Positions 39,984 through 47,379 of a stretch of DNA of 64,000 bases are shown here, piece after piece. The notes below the pieces were generated by a model. The model had not been told where the DNA came from. It saw nothing but the letters and a program-made list of their open reading frames with translations, and made no database searches. Source of the DNA: Candidatus Aenigmatarchaeota archaeon (GTDB lineage Archaea; Aenigmatarchaeota; Aenigmatarchaeia; GW2011-AR5; JAHLMP01); assembly GCA_018920315.1 (NCBI GenBank), contig JAHLMP010000001.1, positions 68,206-132,205 on the forward strand, read 5' to 3'. The translations under genes were made by a program, and so were the position numbers. Numbering within the stretch: the first letter of the stretch is position 1; each line of letters opens with the position of its first letter.

Positions 39984-41945
39984 TTAGCTTGTTAATGTCC
40001 CATTTGCATATAGCTTTATAAAGTAACCTGCATTTCTATTTACTTGCCATGCCTCACCAGGATTCATCCTTCTCTCAGAAATCTTCCATGTATTTCTCCA
40101 GAGCTCTGCGCGGCAATGATCAACTATGTAGAGCGTTGAATTAAGGGTAAAGTTGAATGGACAAGTTACTCTCCAACTCTGTGCCACAAGCAATTCTGTT
40201 GTTCCGTCATGCGTTACTTCTGGTTCACAGTCTGCTTTGCAGCTTGTTGGTGTTTCCCCCTTTTCCCACTCACAAATACCATTACCACAATGCTCTTCCC
40301 ATGGTTCTGGTTGCTGCTCGCTTAAGCATTGATAAAATGGATTGAATGTTGCCATTGAGCAACTCAAAACTTTTTGTATAAATTTCTGAATTATTTCAAG
40401 CTTGGCCCAAATTCCCTGAACTTCTCTATCTATTTTTGTTTTCCATTCATCAATTTCTTTATTATAATCTTCTATTTTTTCTATCTTTTGCTCTATTGTA
40501 TTTATTTTATTTTGCATATCCTCTACTTTCTCTCTCAAAGCTTTGAAATCAGCTCCCAAATGCTTAAACCTATTTTGCTTTGAAACATCTCTTGCAATCG
40601 CCCAAACTCCTTCGCTCGTAACTTCATCATATTCTTCTATGTCGAACCATCCTTCTGATGTTTGATTAACTATGAGCCATGTTGCTGCTTTTGCTGCTTT
40701 TTCATCTTCTCCCAACATCTCTAGAACCATTTTTGCATATGCTGTTGTTTGTGCATCTGGTGTATTTGGGTTACTTTCATCAGTCGGCCACCATCCTTCT
40801 TCTCTTTGTCCATTGATCAATTTTTCCTTTGCTAAGTTTACCAAATCTGTATATTTTCCTGTTGTTTGCATAGCTTCTATTATTCCTACAAGTCCAAGGT
40901 AATAATAAGTTATTGTATTATCGTTTATATCAAAATATCCTCCGCCTATTTTCTCTTTCATCAATTCTGCCATTGCATCTGCTTCTAATCTATAATCTAT
41001 TCCCGGATATTCGCTTAGTTTGTAGAGCGCTACTATCCAATCTCCTACATCCCAAAGAGCGACAGCATTTATTCCTTGAGATTGTCTTAAATTAAAAATC
41101 TCATTAGCAATTGCTCTGGCTCCTTTTATAGGGTCTGTAGGATTAAAACAATTTCTTTTACCTTCGTATCTTTGCTTTGCTAGATTTGCTATCATATCAT
41201 CATTTTTCAATAATGCGAGATGTGCTAAGAATAATATGTCCTTGTTGCTATCACATCCACTATTACTTTCAGTCCCAGGAGAATAACAAGTAAGTCCTGT
41301 TTCAGCGCAGGCTGAATTATAAGTTGGTGCGTGTGTCTTTATATACTGCAAAGACTTTTCCATTGCTTGCATGTAATCTTCATCTTCTGTAATCTTGTAA
41401 GCATAGTAGAGTCCCATGGAAGTTACTCCTGCCAAATTTGTGCAGGAAGGGCTTCCCTTAGGCCAACCCCAACCTCCATCAGAGTTCTGATTATTTATTA
41501 ATCTATCAGCTCCTTTGATAATTGATTGTGTTGCATTCAATTGTGTCGAGGAATACTCAACAAAAACTATTGTTGTATAATATCCTATCGGATTCTCTGG
41601 ATAAATTGTGAAAGTTGTTGTATAAATTCTACATTTCGCTGTGTTTGGATTTTCTTTTATACATTCTCCTGTAGTTGTTTGTCCTAATGCTTTCAAAATA
41701 AAAGATGTGCCATTTGGATAGAAAACTCTTGCTTTTACAATCGCATTATTTAAATTTGCTACATCATCCGGATCGCAAACCAAAGCACAAACTCTTACCT
41801 CTGTTCCATGAATATCTGAAAATGTTTCTGTAACTATTTGATTATTTACAACTTCCCACTTTGAAGCTACATAAGGTATATTATCCGCTATCGCTATAGA
41901 TGATATTAGAAGCAAACCTAAAAATAGTTCAAATATCTTTTTCAT
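39984..41945 (-). CDS. 653-aa secreted protein: beta domain + prenyltransferase/terpenoid-cyclase-like alpha-alpha toroid repeats + coiled coil + conserved C-terminal domain
   Basis: A signal peptide; repeats NQNSDGGWGWPKG, GQREEGWW and NQTSEGWF; a coiled coil; and the C-terminal CRAELWRNTWKISERRMNPGEAWQVNRNAGYFIKLY, shared with the 419-aa protein. Confidence 0.65.
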   Translation of the reverse strand: MKKIFELFLGLLLISSIAIADNIPYVASKWEVVNNQIVTETFSDIHGTEVRVCALVCDPDDVANLNNAIVKARVFYPNGTSFILKALGQTTTGECIKENPNTAKCRIYTTTFTIYPENPIGYYTTIVFVEYSSTQLNATQSIIKGADRLINNQNSDGGWGWPKGSPSCTNLAGVTSMGLYYAYKITEDEDYMQAMEKSLQYIKTHAPTYNSACAETGLTCYSPGTESNSGCDSNKDILFLAHLALLKNDDMIANLAKQRYEGKRNCFNPTDPIKGARAIANEIFNLRQSQGINAVALWDVGDWIVALYKLSEYPGIDYRLEADAMAELMKEKIGGGYFDINDNTITYYYLGLVGIIEAMQTTGKYTDLVNLAKEKLINGQREEGWWPTDESNPNTPDAQTTAYAKMVLEMLGEDEKAAKAATWLIVNQTSEGWFDIEEYDEVTSEGVWAIARDVSKQNRFKHLGADFKALREKVEDMQNKINTIEQKIEKIEDYNKEIDEWKTKIDREVQGIWAKLEIIQKFIQKVLSCSMATFNPFYQCLSEQQPEPWEEHCGNGICEWEKGETPTSCKADCEPEVTHDGTTELLVAQSWRVTCPFNFTLNSTLYIVDHCRAELWRNTWKISERRMNPGEAWQVNRNAGYFIKLYANGTLTS

Positions 41946-42129
41946 TTCTCCACCTTACTCCTTTGGGTATTTACTCTTGCTCGATGCTTATGGCAGGGCT
42001 TATAGAAAGATTTAAAAATGTTACTTCCTAATAGTAAATAATGCCCTAAGCGTCGAGTAGAGCAAGGCTCTCCAACGGATGCCTTGTTATAGCGCCCCTC
42101 CTCGGCGCTCTCCTTGAGAAAGGAGTATG
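41946..42129 (-). promoter_or_regulatory. GC-rich structured leader element, copy A (184 nt, abuts ATG of 653-aa gene)
   Basis: It is identical to copy C over 71 nt (42059-42129) and over the last ~30 nt. It has three local hairpins plus a long helix. See findings. Confidence 0.6.
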
Positions 42130-42433
42130 AAGATTTTGAGATTTTTAGCTGTTTATTTATAAACTTCAATATTGTCAATTCTTTAGCTCTCAGAAAATTT
42201 TGCAAGATTACTTTTGATTGCCAAAGATTTTGAAATAAGTTCATGGATCTCTTCGCTTACAACATAATTACATATGAATTATTTTTGAATTTCGATTGAA
42301 ATACAAAAAACATACAATTGTAATTTAGAAAAATTTACTTTTATTGATTTCTATACTTGAGTGGGTAATTGATTTGGAATACAAAGAAATTACAAATGTA
42401 ATACAATCAATTAAAGGCTAAAAAGAATTCAAT

Positions 42434-42676
42434 TCAAATCTCTCTAACTATTCTTTCTAAATTTTTCAAAACTTTCAATTTTTTTATTCCAGTAAAAAGT
42501 TTCTTCGTGAGATAGTGAAGTATCTTGGAAAAATCATTTTCTTTCTCGTTTATTATTTTATTTTTTTTAAGAATCTCAAAGATGTTTTTATATGATTGTT
42601 TCGTCTCTGCTCTAATGTTGCTTACTATCTCATTTTCTAAATCTATTGCACAATTTACAATCGAAAATACAAGCAT
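42434..42676 (-). CDS. 80-aa hypothetical; faint DUF86/HEPN-like pattern lacking the R-x4-6-H motif
   Basis: CAIDLENEIVSNIRAETKQSYKNIFEILKKNKIINEKE resembles the middle of DUF86 proteins. An 18-aa ORF fragment upstream (~42760-42815) suggests a decayed longer gene. Confidence 0.25.
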   Translation of the reverse strand: MLVFSIVNCAIDLENEIVSNIRAETKQSYKNIFEILKKNKIINEKENDFSKILHYLTKKLFTGIKKLKVLKNLERIVREI

Positions 42677-42862
42677 AGAACAAATATAAAATTTTATCCA
42701 ATTTTCTTTAATCTTCTGCGTCCTTTATTTTTGTACTTCAAGTTCTCTCTAGTATTTTCTTATATCACATAAGATTTTTCCAACCTTAGCTTTATCAAAT
42801 TTCATATTTTACAATATCGCGGGATTGAGATCTTCTTAGAGAATTTCCATAATAATTTAACT

Positions 42863-44206
42863 TTACACTGCCTTGCCGATTATATATATCCTTCCTCTAT
42901 CGAACGTTCCTATGCAAGGTATTGGGTATTGAATCTTAAACTCTACTTCCATTAATCCTTGATTTGTTAGAATGTGTTCCATAACAGATTTTTGATTGTT
43001 TGGATTTGGCATTGGTATTGGGAGAGCACCATAACATGTTGATCCTTGAAATTCGTTCTTTTCGCAAACTCCATTTCCATTAATATCTTTCCAATAACTT
43101 CCGTCTTTTATTTTACATCCGCTATTCTGATTATATTTGCTCATTTGTACCCATCCTTGCCAGCTCTGCCATTGGGTCCCGCTCCAAGCTCTATACCACA
43201 TGTATTTTTCTATCTCAAGAACGTTGCTGTCTGGACACTTTGCAGCTCCTTGAGAAGCATATAGATCAGTACCTGCTATAAAAGTAAATAGATTTACTCC
43301 TCCTTCTCCGTTGTTCTTCACCTTAATCTTGTTCAAGGAGTGAGCAACTCTTGTTACTGGATCCATAGGACCAAATCTTATTGGTTGGCCATCACTAGTT
43401 GCAACCATCATACCCAAACGTGGATTAAAAAACCATTCTTCGCTGTGCGTTGCGCTTGTAACATTGTTCCTAGAATCAAAAACCTTTAATACTAACTCAT
43501 TTTCTCCATACCAGTTGTCTTCTACGGTTATTATTATTTCAAATGCCTTGTCTGTCATAGGATTAAGAGGTGCGCCCAATCCATCGCATGAATATGGAAG
43601 ATATTGGAGAGGATTTGCTATTGCTTCCTCGCTTCCATTTACAAAAGCTTTAACATAACCAATATCTAATGCTCCATTTGGATCCCTCACAACTATCTTA
43701 TACTTTATTCTTTCTCCTGTGAATGCATACTGGCTAGTTCTCCAATTTAATGGATTAACACCTGGTGGATTTGCTTCCATACCTATATCTAACTCTCTAT
43801 CGTAAATGCATATTGTTGGCGAAAAATCTCCTCCTATAACCGGGATTTTTACCTCAACTCTTAAGGTTATATAAAATGTGTCTGGAACCAAATTTGGTTG
43901 TGCATATATTATTATCGTAAATTTTTTCGGAACATTTGGTTCTAACATAATGCTTGGAGGATATATAATTTGAAATCCTTCTGTATTAGTGTTTTTCGCT
44001 TCAACGCTTACATTCAACTCTGCTTTTACTGTGTTATTTCCATTCCAAATTGCTGTTATCTCTTTTGTAACAGATTCTCCTGCAACCATTTGAATAGTGA
44101 ACTCGCTTGGGTTAAGTATTACTGATTGAGCATAAGAAATGCTAATAAATGAAAGCAATATTGCATTTAATAAAAATGTTATTAATACTCTTTTCATATC
44201 AATCAC
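42863..44206 (-). CDS. 447-aa secreted protein, paralog of the 359-aa protein with an extra N-terminal beta-sandwich
   Basis: A signal peptide. The C-terminal ~330 aa align with ORF 47380..48459, including the identical 28-aa block SDGQPIRFGPMDPVTRVAHSLNKIKVKN and the ending IQYPIPCIGTFD.G.IYIIGKAV. Confidence 0.7.
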   Translation of the reverse strand: MIDMKRVLITFLLNAILLSFISISYAQSVILNPSEFTIQMVAGESVTKEITAIWNGNNTVKAELNVSVEAKNTNTEGFQIIYPPSIMLEPNVPKKFTIIIYAQPNLVPDTFYITLRVEVKIPVIGGDFSPTICIYDRELDIGMEANPPGVNPLNWRTSQYAFTGERIKYKIVVRDPNGALDIGYVKAFVNGSEEAIANPLQYLPYSCDGLGAPLNPMTDKAFEIIITVEDNWYGENELVLKVFDSRNNVTSATHSEEWFFNPRLGMMVATSDGQPIRFGPMDPVTRVAHSLNKIKVKNNGEGGVNLFTFIAGTDLYASQGAAKCPDSNVLEIEKYMWYRAWSGTQWQSWQGWVQMSKYNQNSGCKIKDGSYWKDINGNGVCEKNEFQGSTCYGALPIPMPNPNNQKSVMEHILTNQGLMEVEFKIQYPIPCIGTFDRGRIYIIGKAV

Positions 44207-45230
44207 TCAAATAAAAAATTATCACCTCTTTTAAAACAGGTGTTATTGTCGCGTTGGTAGTTTCAAAAAATGCTTTAAATTTTATGTATCTCGTGTTATC
44301 ATGACCACTCCATATATCGCTATCGCTTGTTGTATAATAAGTTGAACTTGAGCCATCAGGACCAACGAAATTCCAAGTTATGCCATCGTTGTTTGTTGCT
44401 AGTTGGAATTTTAATGAAGTTCCAGTTGGAATATCAGCATCCCAATATAACTTCTTCCATTTAGTTGATGCTGAGTTAGAATCGAAAGCTTGAGATTCAA
44501 ATACTCCAGAAGTTGCATAGCTCTCGACATAGGTTTTAAAGTATATGTCATCATTCGCTTGCTCAGTCCAAGTAGAACCACCATCATCAGATTTAAATCT
44601 TGCTCCATCAGGATAAAAATTGCCCTTATCTTTAATTCTTATTTTATAATCTGCTGTTCCTCTTGATTTTTGTCTTATTACTATTGCATAACTTGTTCCT
44701 GCAATAACATCTGGTGGCGTAGAAAAAGTAAAGTTATACTCTTTATCACTTCCGGTAAAATTAGTATGCGGAATTTCTGCGCTAGCCAAAATCGTGCTTC
44801 CTGGCTTTCCGCCATCAACATTTCTTAATTCTACAACCAAAGGTTGTGGATTATTTCCATCTTGTCCTTTTTTAGCCTTTATTATTACGCTTACCAACTT
44901 GCCTGTTTTTCCTGCTATAAAAGTTTGTGCTTCGTACTTATTAAGCTCAATTTTGCCGCTGTCTTTATCTTCTAATGTTTGACTTTGATCTAAAGATACT
45001 GTTTTAGCTAGCTCAACCTCTCCATTATCAATATTTGTAATTACAACATTTGTTTTAATTCCAGCATTAAAATCCTCATAGGTAGTTTGAATCCATTTTG
45101 GAGATTCTAATACTATGATAGTGGCTACTATTCTTCCATAATAATTCAAAATATCTGCAAACACTATACTTATGAGTATTAATGTTACTAATACTGTTGT
45201 TATTCCAATTCTCCTATTCATTTCATTCAT
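44199..45230 (-). CDS. 343-aa secreted/anchored beta-rich protein, unknown family
   Basis: An N-terminal TM followed by the ILNYYGRIVATIIV motif. It overlaps the downstream gene by 8 nt. Confidence 0.6.
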   Translation of the reverse strand: MNEMNRRIGITTVLVTLILISIVFADILNYYGRIVATIIVLESPKWIQTTYEDFNAGIKTNVVITNIDNGEVELAKTVSLDQSQTLEDKDSGKIELNKYEAQTFIAGKTGKLVSVIIKAKKGQDGNNPQPLVVELRNVDGGKPGSTILASAEIPHTNFTGSDKEYNFTFSTPPDVIAGTSYAIVIRQKSRGTADYKIRIKDKGNFYPDGARFKSDDGGSTWTEQANDDIYFKTYVESYATSGVFESQAFDSNSASTKWKKLYWDADIPTGTSLKFQLATNNDGITWNFVGPDGSSSTYYTTSDSDIWSGHDNTRYIKFKAFFETTNATITPVLKEVIIFYLSD

Positions 45231-45308
45231 CTCTATTTTTCAGGTTAAAATTGTTTTTCAAAATTTGAAAAAAAAAGAAAAAAAGAATAAAAAATCAAGA
45301 TATTAGAG

Positions 45309-45929
45309 TTATCTTGGAACTATATTGATTGTTATCGCATAGGTTCCTGGAATTGCGTTCGGCTTCATTCCTATCTTTACACCACAGAACTTCTGGATCA
45401 TTCCTTCACCAAGTTGGTCGGGTGCTGTTAGTTTGCAAGTTCCGCCACTACAATTCCAATATTGCTGGCTTTTTTGAAGTGGTATTGGAGTAGAGTGATC
45501 GCATGTTTGTGGTTCTTGATCACTTGCTTGATATGTTGCCCATTTTACTTCAAGTAATGACAAGCCGTCAAGAAGATCTTCTGGAAGTATATACTCCCAA
45601 TTGAAATTTATATAGTCCCAACTTCCTTCAACTGGTAGATTGTTTTTTATATAGAATTTATAATCAAATGTTTTGTTATCTCCTCCAACTATGCTTCCAG
45701 TAGGATATGTTAGTGTACATTGTCCGTAATTATCTTTGCCACAAGATTTCCATGTTGAACCATCATCTGAAATTACTAAGGATTGTGTAACATTTACAGT
45801 TCCTGTTATAATTCCGTAATAAGTTAGCAATGCTGCGCTTGCGATTCCTCCAAGAGCGATAAGCATTAATAGAAGCGCTGATACTTCCTTTCCAAGTATT
45901 ACAAATCTCTTAGATAATAATCCTTTCAT
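45309..45929 (-). CDS. 206-aa secreted/anchored protein, unknown family
   Basis: The N-terminus KRFVILGKEVSALLLMLIALGGIASAALLTYYGIITGTVNV, a motif shared with the 343-aa protein. Confidence 0.6.
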   Translation of the reverse strand: MKGLLSKRFVILGKEVSALLLMLIALGGIASAALLTYYGIITGTVNVTQSLVISDDGSTWKSCGKDNYGQCTLTYPTGSIVGGDNKTFDYKFYIKNNLPVEGSWDYINFNWEYILPEDLLDGLSLLEVKWATYQASDQEPQTCDHSTPIPLQKSQQYWNCSGGTCKLTAPDQLGEGMIQKFCGVKIGMKPNAIPGTYAITINIVPR

Positions 45930-46057
45930 TCTTCCAACTCACCTTTTACTTGGGTATTTAGCCTTCTTTAAGAATATTTTTGGAGAAGGCCAAGGCTCTC
46001 CAACGGATGCCTTGTTATAGCGTCCCTCCTCGGCGCTCTCCTTGAAAGAGGAGTATG
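45930..46057 (-). promoter_or_regulatory. GC-rich structured leader element, copy B (128 nt, short variant)
   Basis: It shares the core CATACTCC...GGAGAGCCTTG with A and C (3 substitutions) and has a different short hairpin in place of the long helix. It fills the gap between the 419-aa gene stop and the 206-aa gene ATG. Confidence 0.55.
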
Positions 46058-46070
46058 AAAGGCTATGCAC

Positions 46071-47276
46071 TCAACTCACCCTTCCATAAAGTTTGATATA
46101 ATATCCAGCTCCTCTATTCACAACCCAGCTTTCTCCAACTTGCATTATTCTTTCAGATACATACCAAGAATTTCTCCAAAGCTCTGCTCTGCAGTTTATT
46201 ATCGTGTAAGTAACTCCATTATAATTGAATGTAGAAGGACAAACAACGCTCCAATTCTCAGTTATGAAAATCTCAGTAGGATTAGTAGGTATTGTGGTTG
46301 TTGTGCTTTGACTTATCGTAGTGGTTGTTGTTTGTCCAGGAACTGTAGTAGTTTGTTGAATTGTTGTGGTTGATGATGTAGTAGTTGTTGAAGTAGTAGG
46401 TATTGTGGTTGTTGTGGTTATAGGAGAGTTACAAATTGAAAAGCTATGAACAGAGCAGATAGCAAGCTTTATTAAATTAACAAGATTTTCTAAGAAGCTT
46501 AATCTTGATCTTGTATCTTCTAAACAATTCCAAAGAGTTTCTGCTTTGAAGCTGCTTGAAGACCAATTAGAATAATATTTGCCATCGTAAGCTCTAACTC
46601 TCCAATAATATTTTACGCCCTCGCTTATTGGGATTTTTATCGAAGTGTTAGGAACAATTCCTTTATCTAAAATAATAGAAAAATCGCTGTACTTGCTTAT
46701 CTCATATTGATAAGCAATAATACTACTATCTTGATCACTTGCCTGGCTCCAAGAAAGTATTGCATAGTTTCTACAAATCCTTTCATTGTTTGAAGGGCTT
46801 ATTATACTAGGTTGAGAAGGAGCCTTGCTATTGTTAGAATTTCCTAAATAGTTTGGATTGATATTTACAATTGTTTCCATACTTAAGCTTATTGTTCCAT
46901 CATTTGCTGTGGCTATTATCTTACCGCTTCTTGAGATTGCATCAGAAAGTATTATATAAAGCGTTACATTCTTTGATTCTCCTGCATCTAATTCAAATTC
47001 TCTCTCAGATAGATGAACAAAATCTTTTATGTTATCAGTAACGCTTAATGTAATTCTTTCAGGAATGCTTCCTGGATTCCCATATCTTAATTGATGAGAA
47101 ACAATTGTTAATTCTCCCACTTTAACATTAGGATTAGAAACAACATTATAAGGAATTGAAAGCTCTGCAGCATAAGAATTTGAGAATAGAAATGAGATTA
47201 TTAATATTAAGATTAACCTTCTTACATTTTTTACTAAATTTTCATATTCTATTTCTCTAATTTTTACCATTTTCAT
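46071..47276 (-). CDS. ~400-aa secreted protein: beta-sandwich + FN3-like + Thr-rich linker + conserved C-terminal domain
   Basis: The track start at 47330 is TTG; the ATGs at 47276/47270 precede the signal peptide LILILIISFLFSNSYAAE. It has the FN3-like PSQPSIISPSNN...YYWRVRAYDGKY, a TTTTIPTTSTTTTSSTTT linker, and the C-terminal CRAELWRNSWYVSERIMQVGESWVVNRGAGYYIKLY. Confidence 0.7.
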   Translation of the reverse strand: MKMVKIREIEYENLVKNVRRLILILIISFLFSNSYAAELSIPYNVVSNPNVKVGELTIVSHQLRYGNPGSIPERITLSVTDNIKDFVHLSEREFELDAGESKNVTLYIILSDAISRSGKIIATANDGTISLSMETIVNINPNYLGNSNNSKAPSQPSIISPSNNERICRNYAILSWSQASDQDSSIIAYQYEISKYSDFSIILDKGIVPNTSIKIPISEGVKYYWRVRAYDGKYYSNWSSSSFKAETLWNCLEDTRSRLSFLENLVNLIKLAICSVHSFSICNSPITTTTTIPTTSTTTTSSTTTIQQTTTVPGQTTTTTISQSTTTTIPTNPTEIFITENWSVVCPSTFNYNGVTYTIINCRAELWRNSWYVSERIMQVGESWVVNRGAGYYIKLYGRVS

Positions 47277-47379
47277 CAGCTTTTTAATTTTAAATCTCAA
47301 ATTTACGCCAAAAGGTTTGAAATTTTTCAAAAAACAAAAAAGAAAAAATCAAAAAATTCTTTTTAGTTTTCTATTTACT

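Noticed and set aside
46068-46073. TGA recoding or readthrough as a general feature, because the leader-B frame continues in frame after the TGA of the ~400-aa gene
   Set aside because: TGA clearly terminates well-conserved genes here, such as rpoB at 2568-2570, and protein lengths fit the standard code. Local readthrough at this one site cannot be excluded, but there is no evidence for an altered genetic code.
39984-46270. Diversity-generating retroelement (template/variable repeat) explanation for the shared C-terminal domain of the 653-aa and ~400-aa proteins
   Set aside because: No reverse transcriptase gene is in the window. The two nucleotide sequences differ at all base types, not specifically at adenines. 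The similarity is protein-level (~50%) rather than a near-identical TR/VR pair.
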